A DNA stretch of 64,000 nucleotides. It comes from the human T2T-CHM13v2.0 reference genome, Homo sapiens. The notes beneath the pieces are model-generated. The model was not told the origin of the DNA. It was given only the letters and a program-made list of their open reading frames with translations, and searched no databases. Positions 44,110 to 62,638 of the stretch are shown piece after piece (positions within the stretch are counted from its first letter, which is position 1; each line of letters opens with the position of its first letter). Both the position numbers and the translations under genes were made by a program. Location of the stretch: NCBI RefSeq assembly GCF_009914755.1, contig NC_060939.1; one strand, given 5' to 3'.

Positions 44110-45949
44110 AAATGTCCACTGTCAGAATAGATTTAAAAATTGTATTAACACAATGAAGGACTTACTCTACAGCAGAGAAAAGCAGTGACAAACAGCTATA
44201 TTTATAAGGCTAAATAAAACTTAGAACCATAACTTTGACTGAAAAAATAATTGTAGAGGTCTATTGTGCAATATTTTATAAAGGTCAAAGCCAAGTAACA
44301 TTATTTAACAAAACATTTATGTGATAAAGCAATAAAGCTATTTCTAAAAAACAATGATACACCTTTAATTCTGTACAGTATTCCCTTTAAAGGAATCATG
44401 AATGTGGTAAGAAAGGATCATATTGGGAAACACAAATGTAGTGGTAACAATCTTACTCTAAATTGGGTGGTGAGTTCATAGCTGTTCACTGTATTCATAT
44501 TATTTTTTATTAATATTTCTTTTGTACATATCAAATATTACATTACAACCTTTAAACCCAGAAAACAAAACAAAACAAAAACCCAAAAACTACAGCTAAT
44601 AAATGAAAATAGCCATTACTTTAAATAGAAAATTAGAAACCACCTAAATATTATACATTATGTAAAATGTGATATGTTCATTCCATTAAAGATTTTTAAA
44701 GACATGATAAAGTATTTATGATAAAATAATGTAAAAAAGTCCAATAAAATGTTTGGAAGAAGATACAATAAAATGTTATCAGTTGCTATTACAGGAAGTT
44801 TTATTTCTTCTTTGTACGTTTAACATTTTCCTATAGTGAATAATAAATACTTTAAAAATCACTGAGGATATTTAAACTATAATTGAGATATTTAATGATT
44901 CTAAGTCATTAAAGAAAACTGCCAAATCTGTTGGAATCAGGGGATATTGGTGTTTTGTAGAAATCTGGTTGTGATTTATGAGGCTTTATAATTCAAAGTT
45001 TTCTATTTTCTGCCATAAAGTCATACATCTTTATTATTGTGATTCCTGACAAAATAATTTCAGTTTATTTGTGTGAGGAAAACATGACTGAGGAAACCAT
45101 GACCTAAAGAGGACTTCAATTAAAAAAAAACCTGAAAATAGCTTCAATTAAACAACTGAAAAGAACAAAAGTAAAAAAAAAAATTCATCTATTATTGACT
45201 AGCTTTAAAAAACACAGAAGAAAGGTATATACTGAGTCTGCCTTATAGCTCTATGTACTGTCATAGTGAGAAAGGATCACAAAGATTAAGGTTCAAAAGC
45301 CAGATATTAGTTACACACCTCTTTTTCCAGTATTCTAGTGATCTCTCCTAGGGTCCGATCCAAAGCAGACACTTTATTGTTTGCCCATGAGCCACTGTCT
45401 TGAACTTGTACTTGTTTTAGAAGATCTTTGGCTAATCGCTGAAGCCTTTAATACCAAATGAAAGGAAAGAATGACATTAATGAAACAGACTATAATCTTC
45501 ATTTCCCAAAACACTTTGAAACACAAGTTACTTTCAGTATTGGATTTGAAAATGCTTCACAGAGCATCTGAGGGGAGAAAAAACCAGACAACCAATAAAG
45601 CTAGTGTTATTTTATATTCATGACCACCAATTCATTCTTCATGGCACAAAACAGAACTAGAGGATAGTATTATCAATCTACAGGATTAGCTAGAGCAATT
45701 GATGCCTTTAGTTTCTGTATGATTCTTAAATTAGAACAGAATTAGGAAGGGGGAGAAGGCCAGAGGATGAGAGCAGAGAAAATGAGTATAAGAACCTGAG
45801 CAGGTTTTTATATTTTGATTTAAATCTTCGAATATTATTAGCTTTATAAACTCTCAGAATGTTGAACTTCCAAATGTTTGTTTACAGGCAGTTTGGGGAT
45901 AGTCTGCTACTGCTCATATCATTTACTTAGACGACAGAACATTTATTTA

Positions 45950-47190
45950 GTTTTCACCAAGAAATACCACATTATACCTAGACTGTAAGAGTCTTCATTC
46001 AGATCACTGTGTGCATTACTTCTTTGTGGCCCCTACCTGGTACCTCACTCTTGGAGCAACCCTCCTCTGCTTTCCACTTATTTACTTGAGAATCCACTAA
46101 TAGATGCTCACCAGATCTCCCCACTTTTCCCCTATATATCATCCCCGTTGCCTTAAATTTTTATCTGTGGTAGATTCCACAGTACATCATTATAATCATT
46201 TTCTTGCAAATGTCCTACATTTCCTCTCTGTTGTTCTGTTTTTTACTCTTCTTAGACAAACCCCAGCCGTGGTAATAATGTTTGTTTAGCTCTTACTATG
46301 GGCTAGGCACCATTCTCAATGTCTTGCATGCATTAATTTCTTTAGCTGGATTAATGAAAACAACTGGCAGACTTTTCCATTTCTGAACCTGGCAGGGGTG
46401 GGGGTGTGGGGGGAGTCAGACCATGCAAAATACTGGTAGGACTACTGATTCAAGATCTTATTAAATCTCTCTAGGGTGTTCATTCTCCCACTATCCACAA
46501 AGGTTTGCTTCATACATTCCCCACTCTCTTCAAAACTCCACCCTTTCCTTTCTCTCTTTTGCTTTCATAAGATGATCCTACATTTCAAAGAGAAAACAGA
46601 AGTTATTGGAACAAGAAAATTTTCACTTTCGGCCATAAAATCTACAAGCTTATCTGCATTTCACTCATCTTCTTCTCTGTTCCTCTTATTACAGTCATTC
46701 CTTCCAGACAGGACTAATTTCACCACACAGGATGTATGCATGAGTTCTTTCTGGATCTCAAGCTCTCTCTTCTTCCTGTCTCAGGTCTTTCTGCAATGTT
46801 CTTCATCTTTTCCTTCTGAAATGCTTCCTCCACTCCCACATTACCTAGAACATTACTATTTATCCCTCAGCTCTTAGCACAAACATTACTTTCTCTGATT
46901 TGACTATTTCTTCAAAGCACTCATCATAAGAGAATTAAAAATACTTACTGAACTAACTGTTTAATGTGTGCTTCTCCTATGCAAAGCTTTACAAGGGAAT
47001 TTCCTGAAGTGATAGAAATATTCTGTGTTTTTACTGTCCAACATGGTGGCTAGAAGCTATTGTATTGAACAGTGCAGAAGCAGAGTATTAACTTCATGAG
47101 CGAGGTGCTCGTCTATCTGCTCACTGCTTTATCCTTATCATGTAACATGCTACTTTTACATAAGTACACTCATTAGATATTTAATAAATT
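45950..47190 (+). mobile_element. L2 fragments (with a small MIR and a MER3-like piece near 46995-47060)
   Basis: tagattccacagtacatcattataatc; tttcaaagagaaaacagaag; 3' end taagtacactcattagatatttaataaat. Confidence 0.6.
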
Positions 47191-47239
47191 CATGTCCTAC
47201 AGAGAAAACTTCTTCTTTACATTAATTTTAACAATATCC

Positions 47240-47534
47240 AGACCAAGGATGGTGGTTCATGCTTGTAATCCCAGCACTTTGGGAGGGCAAGGCAGGAGGT
47301 TCACTTGAAGCCAGGAATCTGAGATCAGCCTGGGTAACAAGGCAAGACCCAGTTTCTACAAAAAATAAGAAACTATTAGCTGGCAATGGTGGCGTGCACC
47401 TGTAGTCCTAGCTACTCAGGAGGTTGAGGTGCGAGGACTGCTTAAGCTCCAGAGTTCCAGACTGCAGTGAGCTTACAACACTGCGCTTCAGCCCGGGCAA
47501 CAGAGTGAGACCTTCATCTCTAAAAAGAAAAAAA
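47240..47534 (+). mobile_element. AluJ
   Basis: Diverged full dimer, ggaggttcacttgaagccagga, gactgcagtgagc. Confidence 0.92.
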
Positions 47535-47559
47535 CCCAATAACTTCATAGGTTACAAAA

Positions 47560-47643
47560 TACTTTCATGTACATGATCTTATTTAATCCTCTCAACAACA
47601 CTGTCAATAAGTATTATCCCTATTTGAAAAACGCAAAAACTGA
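47560..47643 (-). mobile_element. MIR, left half (right half at 55748-55860)
   Basis: tcttatttaatcctctcaacaac...tattatccctattt; continues after the L1 as aaggctcaagaaagttatgtgatcttcccaaggtcacacag. Confidence 0.8.
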
Positions 47644-48325
47644 TGCAGAGCAAGATAGCCAAATAGAAGCCTTCACAGATGTCCTCCATACAGGAACACC
47701 AAATTGAACAACTATCCACATAAAAAAGTACCTTAATAAGAACCGAAAGTTGTGTGAATCACCACAGTACCTGATTTTAACTTCGTATCACTGAAAAAGG
47801 CACTGAAGAGACAGGAAAGACAGTCTTGAAATGCTGATGCCACCCCTCCCTCCTACCCTGGCAGCCACCCTGTGGTGCAGACAGAGAGTCTATGCACTTG
47901 GGAGACAGGAAGCACAGTGGCAGTGAGACTTTGCCTTGGAAATCAGTGCTAGCCTGTTACAGTGGAAAGCAACAGGACACAATTCAGCTGGCCCCCACAG
48001 AGAGAGCATTTATACCAACCTTAGAAAGCGGGGAATCGCCCATCCTAGCACTCGGAACCTGAGTTGCAGGTTAAAGTGTTCTGGGGACCTAAATAAACTT
48101 GAAAGGAGGTTTAAGCCACAAGAACTGCAATTCCTGGGCAAGTCCTGGTGTTGTGCTGGGCTCGGAGCCAGTGAACTTGGGAAGAATGTGACCTATGAGA
48201 CCAGCCAGGGCAGCCAAGGGAGTGTTTGCACCACCCCTCTCTCAACCCCAGGCAGCTCACAACTCTGGTACAGACTCCGTCCCTATGCTTGAGGAGAGGG
48301 GAGGGAAGACTAAAGAGGACTCTGT

Positions 48326-48632
48326 GCCAGGCACAGTGGCTCATACCTATAATCCCAGTGCTTTGGGAGGCTGAGGCAAGCGGATTGCTTGGGCCCAGAA
48401 GTTCAAGACCAGCCTGGGCAACATGGTGAAAGCCCGTCTCTAGCAAAAAATACAAAAATTAGCTGGGTGTGGTGGCACACACTTGTAGTCCCACCTACTC
48501 AGGAGGCTGAGGAGGCAGGATCAATTGAGTCTCAAAGATCAAGGCTGCAGTGAGCTATGATCATGCCACTGCGCTCTAGCCTGGGTGAAAAAGCAATACC
48601 CTGTTTCAGAAAGAAGAAGAAGAAGGAGAAAA
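48326..48632 (+). mobile_element. AluJb-like in L1 5'UTR
   Basis: Full dimer, (GAA)n tail; TSD aaagaggactctgt / aaagaggactttgt. Confidence 0.93.
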
Positions 48633-50181
48633 AAAGAGGACTTTGTCTTGCAACTTGGAAACCAGCTCAGCCATAGTAGGACGGAATAACTGGGCAGAAT
48701 CCTGAGGCTCCCATTCCAGGCCCTAGCTCCTGGATGGTATTTTTAGACCTATCCTGGGCAAAAAGGGAATGGGCTACCTTAAAGGGAAAGACCCAGTCCT
48801 GGAAGGATTTGTCATCTGCTGACAAAAGACTCCTTGGGCCCTCACGAGTTAGCAGTGGTAGCCAGGAAGCACTCGCCAAGGGCCTTGAGTGAGACTCAGA
48901 GACATGATGGCTTCAGATGGGATACAGCCCATTCCCAGCTGTGGTGGCTACGGGGAGAGACTCCTTCTGCTTGAGAAAAGGGGAGGGAAGAGTACGGGAA
49001 CTTTGTTTTGCAGCTTAGGTATCAGCTTGACCACAGTAGGGCAGAGCAACAAGAGGGTTCTTGAGGTCCCTGATTCCAGGCCTTGGCTCTTGGATGGTAT
49101 TTCTGCACCTGAACTGGGCCACAGGGAAGCCACTGTCCTGAATGGAAGGCCCAGGCCAGGCAGCATACACCACAAACTGAATGAAGAGCCCTTGGGCCTT
49201 GAGTGAACACTGACAGTAGCCAGGCAGTACTCACCATAGGCCTGGGGTGGTGGTGGCCACAGGAAGAGACTCCTATGACTATAGAAAGGGGAGGGAAGAG
49301 TGGTAAGGACTTTGTCTTGTGGTTTGGGTGTCAGCTCAACCACAGTAGAACACAGCACCAGGTTGATTCCTAAGGTTTCTGACTCTAGGCCCTGGCTCCT
49401 GGATGGCATATCTGGACCTGCTCGGGCCAGGCAGAACTTGCTGCACTGAACGGAAATACATAAGCCTGGCGGGTTTTGCTACCTGCTGATTGCTGAGCCC
49501 TAGGGGGACTTGAGCAAACAAAGGTGGTAGCCAGGCAGTGGTTACTGTGCGCCTTGGGCGAGACACAGTAATCTGTGCTTCAGGTCTGACCTAGCACAGG
49601 CCCAGTGGTGGGGGCTACAGGGGTGCTTGTGTCAACCCTCATCCAGCTGCAAGCAGCTCAGCACAGAGAGAGAGAGACTCCATTTGTTTGGGAGAAAATA
49701 AGGGAAGAGAACAAGAATTTCTGCCTGGTTGTCCAGCAAATTCTTCTGGATCTTATCCAAGACCACCAAGGCAGTACCTCTATGAGTCTATAAGAGCCAT
49801 AGTGTTACTGGGCTTGGGGTTCCCCCAAATGCAGATATAACTGCAGTGGCCAATAGCTTAGGTTTCAACACCCAAGTCCCTTTGGATACCTGGAAAACAT
49901 TCCCAAGAAGGATGGGTACAAACAAGCCTACACCATGAAGACTACAATAAATACCTAACTCTTCAATCCCTAGACACCTACAAACACCCAATATGACCTC
50001 ACCTAATGAACTAAATAAGACACCAGGGACCAATCCTGGAGAAACAGAGATAAGTGACTCTTTCAGGCAGAGAATTCGAAATAGTTGTTTTGATGAAACT
50101 CAAATTCAAGATAACACAGAGAAGGAATTCAGAATTCTATCAGATACATTTAGCGAAGAGATAAAAATAATTTAAAATAAT

Positions 50182-50475
<294 letters not shown>

Positions 50476-51636
50476 TTAAGACATAGTACAAGAAGATATG
50501 AATAGAAACAACAAAAAGTGAAAAAGCAGAGGGATGAAGTTAAAATGTAAAGTTTTTATTAGTTTTTTCTTTGCTTGTTTGTTATTTAGTTTTTTTATGC
50601 AAGTAGTGTTAAGTTGTCATCAGTTTAAAATAATGGGTTATAAAATATCAATTGCAAGCTTCGTGGTAAACTCAAACCAAAAACCACACAAAAGATTCAT
50701 AAAAAAAAAAATAAAAAGCAAGAAATGAAAACACATTGCTAAAGAAAAATCACCTTCACTATGAGAAAGAGAGAAAGGAAGAAAAGAAGGAAAAGACCAC
50801 AAAATAACCAGAAAACAAATAACAAATAAGTCCTTACTTATCAATAACTGGATGTAAATGGAATAAGCTCTCCAATCAAAAGGCATGTAATGGCCGAATG
50901 GATTAAAACAAGAAGATCCAACTATTTGTTGCCTACAAGAAACAAATTTCTCCTATAAAGACACACAGACTGAAAATAAAGGGATGGAAAAAGATATTAC
51001 ATGAAAATGGAAACCAAACAAGAGTACAAGTAGCTATACGTATGTCAGAAAAAATACATTTCAAGACAAAACTATAAAGAGAAACAAAGAATGTCATTAT
51101 ACAATAATAAAAGGGTCAATTCAGTAAAACAATATAATAATTATAAATATATCTGCACCAAATATTGGAGCACACAGATATGTAAAGCAAATATTATTAG
51201 AACTAAAGAGAGAGACAGACCCCAATACAGTAACACCTGGAGACTTCAGCACCCCACTTTTAGCACTGGACAGATCATCCAGACAGAATATCAACAAAGA
51301 AACACTGGATTTAATCTACACCATAGACTAAATGAACCTACTAGATATTTACAGAACATTTCATCCAATGGCTGAAGAATACACATTCTTCTCCTTAGCA
51401 CATGGATCATTCTCATGGACAGTCCAAGTGTTAGACCACAAAATAAGTCTTAAAAAATTCAAAAACCTGAAATTGTATCAATAGTCTTCTCTGACAAAAC
51501 TAGAATAAAACTAGAAATCAATAAGAGGAATTTTGGAAACTATACGAACACATGGAAATTAAACCACATGGTCCTGAATGACCAGTGGGTTAATGAAGAA
51601 GTTGAGAAAAAAATTAATACTTTTCTTGAAACAGCT

Positions 51637-51768
51637 GTCTGTGTGTGGTGGCTCATGCCTGTAATCCTAGCACTTTGGGAGGCTAAGATAGAAGGCCCCC
51701 TTGAAGCCAGGAGCTTGAGGCTAGCCTGGACAGGAAAGCAAGACCCCATCTCCACACATAAAAAAAAA
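51637..51768 (+). mobile_element. FLAM_C/AluJ monomer
   Basis: gtggtggctcatgcctgtaatcctagcactttgggagg...agcaagaccccatctc plus A tail; TSD tcttgaaa. Confidence 0.88.
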
Positions 51769-52757
51769 TCTTGAAAATATTATAATGGAAACATAACATA
51801 ACAAGACCTATCAGATACAGTGAAAGCAGTACTAAGAGGAAAGTTTGTACCTATAAGCATTTATATCAAAGAAGTAGAAAAACTTCAAATAAAAAACCTA
51901 TAGCTACATCTTAAAGAACGAGAAAAGCAAGAGCAATCCAAACCCCAAATTAGAAGAAAAGAAATTATAAAGATCAGAGCAGAAATGAATGAAATTGAAA
52001 GAAAATAATACAAAAGATCAGTGAATTGAGAAGTTGGTTTTTTGAAAAGATAAACAAAATCAACAAACCTTTAGTCAGACTAAGAAGAAAAGGACCCAAA
52101 CAAATAAAATCAGAGATGAAAAAGGAGACATTATAACCAATACCACAGAAATTCAAAGGATCATTAGAGGCTACCATGAGCAACTATATGCCAATAAATT
52201 GGAAAGCCTAGAAGAAATAAGTAAATTCCTACACATATACAACCTACCAAGGCTGAACTACGAAGAAATCCAAAATCTGATGAGACCAGTAAACAACTAA
52301 TGAGATTGAAGCCATAATAAAAAGTCTCCCAACAACAACAACAAAAAAAAGTCCAGGACCTGATGGCTTCACTACTGAGTTTAACCAGATATTTAAAGAA
52401 GTAATATCAATCTTATCAATCTTACTCAAACTATTCTAAAAAGTGGAGGAGAAGGGAATATTTTCAAACTCATTCTAGGAGGTTAGTATTATCCTGATAC
52501 CAAAACCAGACAAAGCACAAAAAGAAAACAATAGGTCAATATCCCTGATGAACATTGATATAAAAATCCTCAACAAAATACAAGCAAATGGAATTCAACA
52601 ACACATTAAAAAGATCATTCATTGTGACCAAATGAGATTTATCCCAGGGATGCAAGGATGGTTCAACATACGCAAAGCAAACGATGTGATACATCATATC
52701 AACAGAATGAAGGACAAAAACGATATAATCATTTCAATTGATGCTGAAAAAGCATTT

Positions 52758-53049
52758 ATTTTTGTTTGGAGACAGAGTCTCGCTCTGTTGCCCAGGCTGG
52801 AGTGCAGTGGTGTGATCTCAGCTCACTGCAACCTCTGCCTCCCAAGTTCAAGCCATTCTTGTGCCTCACCTCCTGACTAGCTGGAACTACAGGCTCACAC
52901 CACCATGCCTGGCTAATTTTTTGTATTTTAGTAGATAAGGGGTTTCACCATGTTGCCCAGGCTGGTCTCGAACTCCTGAGCTCAGGCAATCTGCCAGCCA
53001 CAGCCTCCCAACATGCCAGGATTACAGGTGTGAGCCACCATGCCTGGCC
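52758..53049 (-). mobile_element. AluSz6/Jb-like
   Basis: Full dimer; 13-bp TSD tgaaaaagcattt (52745-52757, 53050-53062). Confidence 0.94.
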
Positions 53050-54234
53050 TGAAAAAGCATTTGATAAAATTCAACATTCATTCATGATAAAAACCCTCAA
53101 AAAACTGTGTATAGAAGGAACATACCTCAACACAATAAAAAACATATATGACAGACACAGAGCTAGTATACTGAACAGAGAAATGCTAAAAGCCTTTCCT
53201 CTAAGAACTGAAACAAAACAAGGATGCCCACTTTCACTGTTATTTAACATAGTACTGGAAGTCCTACCTAGACCAATTGGACAAGAGAAAGAAATGAAGG
53301 GCATCCAAATTGAAAAATAAAAAGTCAAATTATCCTTCTTTGCAGATGATATGATCTCATGTTTGGAAAACCTAAAGACTCCACCAAAAAACTATTAGAA
53401 CTAATAAACAAATTTAGTAAAACTGTAGGATATAAAATCAACATATGAAAATCATTAGCATTTCTACATCCTGACAGCAAACAATCTGAAAAAGTCAAGA
53501 AACTAATCATATTTACAATAGCTTCAAATAAAATGAAATACCTAGAAATTAACCAAAGAAATAAATGATCTCTACAATGAAAACTATACAACACTGATGT
53601 AAGAAACTGAAGAAGACACATGAAAAGGCATTCCATGTTGATAGAATGAAAGAATATTGTTAAAATGTCTATATTATATGAAGTAATCTACAGTTTCAAT
53701 GCAATCTATCAAAATACTAACGAAATAAGTATTTTTCTATTTCACAGAAATTGAAAAAGCAATCTTAAAACTTATATAAAAGTACAGAAGACGCAAAATA
53801 GCCAAAGCTATTCTGAGCAAAAAGAACGAAACAGAAGGAATCACACTATCTGACCTCAAAGTATACTACAAAGCTATAGTAACCAAAACAGCATGGTACT
53901 TACATAAAGACAGACACATAGTCCAGTGGAATACAATAGAGAATCTAGAAACAAATCCTTACATCTACAGAGAACTCATTTTTGACAATGTCACCAAGAA
54001 TATACATTGAGGAAAAAACAGTCTCAAGACAGTCTCTTCAATAAATGGTGCCGAGAGAACTGGATATCCATACTCAAAAGAATGAAACTGGTTCCCTATC
54101 TCTTGTCATATACAAAAGTCAAATCAAAGAGAATTAAAGACTTAAATCTAAGACCTCAAACTATGAAACTACTACAAGAAGACACTAAAGAAACTCTCCA
54201 GTACATTGGACTGAGCAAAAATTTCCTGAGTGTA

Positions 54235-54597
<363 letters not shown>

Positions 54598-55874
54598 TTA
54601 AAAATCTTCTGCATAGCAGAGGAACGAATCAATAAAGTGAAGAAACAACCCACAGAATGGGAGAAAATATTTACAAACTATCCATCTGACAAAGGTGTAA
54701 CAACCAGAATATATAAGAGCTGAAAGAGCTCTGTAGGAAAAATATCTGATAATCTAATTAAAAAACGGGCAAAAGATCTGAATAGACATTTCTCAAGAGA
54801 AGACATACAAATGGCACACAGGTATATGAAAAGGTGCTCAACATCATTGATAACAGAAAAATGCAAATCAAAACTACAATGAGATATCATCTCACTCCAG
54901 TTAAAATGGCTTTTACCCAAAAGGCAATAACAAATGCTGGTGAGGATGTGGAGAAAAGGAAACCCTCATGCACTGTTGGTGGGAATGTATTATAAATTAG
55001 TAAAACCACTATGAAGAACAGTTTGGAGGTTTCTCAAAAAACTAGAAACAGAGCTACCATATGATCTAGCAATCCCACTGGTGGGTATATACCCAAAAGA
55101 AAAATCAGTATATTGAAGAGGTATCTGTTCTCCCATGTTTATTGCAGCACTATTCATAATAGCCAAGATTTGGAAGCAACCTAAATGTCCATCAAGAGAT
55201 AAACAGATAAAAAAAATGTAGTATATGTACAGAATGGAATATATCACCAATAAAAAGGAATGAGATCTTGTCATTTGCAACAACACAGGTGGAACTGGAG
55301 GTCATTATGTTAAGTGAAATAAACCAGGTGAAATAAGACAAACTTTCCTTGTTTTCACTTATGTTTGGGAGCTAAAAATTAAAACAACTGAATTCATGGA
55401 GATAGAGAGTAGATCGATGGTTACCAGAGGCTGGTAAGGGTAGTGGGGAAGTGTGTGTCATTAATAAGTACAAACATATAGTTAGATAGAATGAATAAGA
55501 CCTAGCATTTGATACCATAACAGAATGACTACAGTCAACAATTTATTGTACATTTTTAAATAACAGAGTATAATTGGATAGTTTGTGACATTAAGAGAGG
55601 ATAAATGCTTCAGGTGGTGGACATCCCATTTACCCTGATGTGATTATTATGCATTATATACCTGTATCAAAATATATCATGTACCCATAAACATATACAC
55701 CTACTGTGTGCCCACAAAAATTAAATATAAAAAAATGCAAAATCTAAGGCTCAAGAAAGTTATGTGATCTTCCCAAGGTCACACAGTTGGTAAAATGTAC
55801 TATGGAACTTGAAACCTAAGCCTTTAATCTTCAAATCTTATGCTTTTGCGTTCTTACCGTATTAGTCAATTTAA

Positions 55875-56016
55875 TTTTTACTTATTTATTTATTTGTAAA
55901 AGACAGGGTCTTGCTATGTTGCCCACACTGTTCTTGAACTCCTGGGCTCAAGTGATCCTCCTGCCTCAGCCTCCCAAAGTGCTGGAATTACAGATGTGAG
56001 CCCACCATGTCCAGCC
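55875..56016 (-). mobile_element. FLAM_C
   Basis: Monomer with (TTTA)n tail; TSD tcaatttaa (55866-55874, 56017-56025). Confidence 0.9.
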
Positions 56017-56199
56017 TCAATTTAAATAAGAAAGTTCTATTCACAAAAGACTATATTCCCAGAATACAATTTCATCTAAAAATTTATGTAAACGTTAAAA
56101 TTTTTCAAAGAATACAACAACAAATGCCACTCAAAAAGGCACTGGTGAACTTCAGTTTAAGCCTCAGCTATTTACATGAAGCTTACTTTGATAAGTCAA

Positions 56200-56440
56200 A
56201 GAACAGAAATAGAAACTCTAAAATCAAAAGTACCTATACTTGAATTCTGGCTCCAGCACACACCATGTGTATAAACCCTGGGGAGGTTATTTAACTTCTC
56301 TGAATCTCAGTTTCTTCATCTTAAAAGTCAGGATAATATATATTTCTTTTCAGAGCTTTGGGAGGTTAGAAATGATTACTATAATAATCCTGACACCACA
56401 CACTAAAGTAGACATTCAATAAATGGTCGACTATTATTAC
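56200..56440 (+). mobile_element. MIR
   Basis: ttgaattctggctcc...gttatttaacttctctgaatctcagtttcttcatc...cattcaataaatgg. Confidence 0.85.
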
Positions 56441-57799
56441 TGTTCACTGATAGTATGTCTCAATCTAACAAATGGAAAAAGAGAATATTAAAAATAAAAA
56501 AAAAAGTTGAGTAATGGCAGCATATTTCTTTTACCTTCCAATCAAATATGGGCTAGAGTCACATCCAATTAAAGTTACTGACCTTATGTGGAAGATTATT
56601 GGCAGTGAACTTCACTGTGTGATAGGTAAGTAGCCACTTCAGCTTTTGGCTAATGTCTGCATACCATGTAACTAAATATGCAGCCATAGCAACAGATATA
56701 TATGAATCTAGCACTATTCTTAACAAGAATGCTGACATTTGACTGAAAATCAGCAGTACTGAGGGAGGCACAAGGACCATTTTAATTCACAGAATACAAG
56801 AGGCTTGTATTTCACCCTGAGGTAAATCAATTCTGAACCTATCCTTCAAGAAAGAATGCCAAATCAAGGGGATGCTTTGGTAATTTGAGCTACACCCCTG
56901 TCTCATTCCCTGCCTTCACAGAAGTACAACAAATAAAATAGCCCCTGTAAAGAAAAAAGCACTAGATTTTAATTCATACTATAAATAATTATAGAATGTC
57001 AGAGAAGTCAAGCTCTGAGAGCTATATTTTCCTCACAGTGCAAAAACAGGAGCTGCTTAGAGAGTGTAGTTTTTAACAACAGAAAGTTTTATTTGGATTC
57101 CTTCTGGCAGATAATTTTTCTAGCATGAAAAGAAGAAGTGAAGGCATTGTATCTCCCAACCTAGGAATATGAGAAGTATCTGTCAGGTAAATGGTTTTGT
57201 GAATAATGCTGTAAGATCAATATTTTCTTCTTAAAACTGGAACAAATTTCAGCAACTCTAAGCTCAAGTCTGTCATTGGTAAATATGAAATGTAAAAGTA
57301 TCTCTCCCAGAATTCCTAACTTTTATCATAGTTAAGTTTGCATGGGGTGGTGGGGTGGTCCACTAGGATCATTTAGAAGATTTGTAAAAGTGTAAAAAAA
57401 GATACTTGGTCCATTTAGGAACTAAGATTGTTCTTTAGCATAATGGATAGGAAGACATAAATTAATTAACCTTTCATATCCTCTATTTGGAAGGTACATG
57501 GTCTAAATTTAGAGCTATTTTGAGACATTCATATCTGGAATTAATTAAATAAATTTAGGGCTTTATTTAGACATTCAGATCAGGAATTAGCCATTTCCCC
57601 AAGAAGCTCTTGTTTCTTTTACTGAGAAAAGATATTTCAAACCCCAAATCAGTGAGCACTAGAGATGCTCTTTGCTACTGAGTTGGGCATTCTTTTCATG
57701 CCTCTTCAATGAACAGAGCTAGAAAATAAATAAATGAATGTATATACATATGCATACATATATATGTGTGTATAAATGTGTGTGTGTATATTACATATA

Positions 57800-57872
57800 C
57801 AGTTATCCTTGGTATCCGTTTGGGGATGGTTTCACTATCCCCAGATGGATACCAAAATCAGATGCTCAAGTC
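57800..57872 (+). mobile_element. MER2 (Tigger-family) terminal fragment
   Basis: ta|cagttatccttggtatccg...ggataccaaaatcagatgctcaagtc matches the recalled MER2 end; truncated at the L1PB junction. Confidence 0.8.
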
Positions 57873-57898
57873 TACTAAATATCAGGGATATTGGTCTC

Positions 57899-61382
<3,484 letters not shown>

Positions 61383-61652
61383 GTGTGACTAGATAGAATG
61401 TTATAAGTTGGAAATGGAGGCTTGGATGAAAATTAAGTCTGATTTTTAACTCATGAACTAAAATACAAGTTTATATATTTGAATAAGCAGCCTATGAAAA
61501 CATGGAAAATGTATTTTTTTCAATAGCATCCTATTTAAGGGAAAGAGAATGTCATAACTGTTGGCAGAGTGTAAATACACTATAAAAAATTACAAGGTTC
61601 TATTAAAATCAGAATGCACATAGACTTTGGCCCAAAAAATTTCATTTCTAAG

Positions 61653-62493
61653 CAAGACTGGGTACATAATTTGCATGGCTATTATTAAAAAGACAAAAAA
61701 ACAGATGTTGATGGGGATGCAGAAAAAAGGGAATGCCTATATAATGTTGGTGGGAATGTAAATTAGCACAACCTCTATGGAAAACAGAATGAATATTTCT
61801 CAAAGAACTACAAATGGAACTGCCATTTGATCCAGCAATCCCACTACTGGATGTCTACCCCAAGGAAAAGAAATCATTTTATCAAAAAGATACCTGCACT
61901 TGTATGTTTATCACAGTTTATTCGATATAGGAAAGATATGGAATCAACCTAAGTGTCCATCAACAGATGACTGGATAAAGAAAATGTGATACATACACAC
62001 AAGGAAATACTATTCAGTCATTTAAAAAATGAAATCATGTATGTTTGCAGCAACATGAGTGGAACTGAAGGCCATTATTTTAAGTGAAATAATTCAGAAA
62101 CAGACAAATACTGCATCTTCTTTCTTCTAAGTGGGAGCTAAATAATGTGTACACATGGACATAGAGTGCGGACTGATAAACAATGAAGACTCATAACTGC
62201 AGGCGAGGTGGTGAATGATGAGAATGACTTAATGGGTATAATGTACATTTTATCAGTGATGGATACACTAAAAGCCCAGACTACACCACTATGAAATATA
62301 TCTTTGTAACAAAGTTGCACTTGTACCTCAACCCTTAAATTTATACAAATTAAAAAAAAGAAAAAGAAAAATGCAGGGTCCTTCATTCAAATGTATTAAC
62401 AATTTCAAGACAGCAATAGTCGACTTAAACCAGGGTGGAACCCTTCCGAGTGCAGGCTGCACGCCCAGGAGGACAGTTTGGTTTTCTGCCCTG
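61653..62493 (-). mobile_element. MER91A-like hAT MITE split by L1PB4 (pieces 61653-61675 and ~62364-62493)
   Basis: caagactgggtacataatttgca on the left; gaaaatgcagggtcc...aatttcaagacagc...ttaaacca...cccttccgagtgc...gccctg on the right. Confidence 0.75.
61675..62370 (+). mobile_element. L1PB4-like 3' end
   Basis: gggagctaaataatgtgtacacatggacatagag...gatggatacactaaaagcccagac...ttaaatttatacaaat plus A tail. Confidence 0.9.
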
Positions 62494-62638
62494 CAAAATT
62501 ACATATATACAATGTCATATAAATAAAGTTCTTGTCTGTGGCAATAACAAAAACAATGGAAAGGGGAAAAATATATGTGGACAACAATAGAGTAATTCTT
62601 GAATATATTACAGAATATTCTTTTAATATATCTACATA

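Noticed and set aside
56780-56830. aatacaag-agg-cttgtatt hairpin within a 29-nt AG...GT unit
   Set aside because: An 8-bp stem and modest splice sites are expected by chance; no miRNA-length hairpin.
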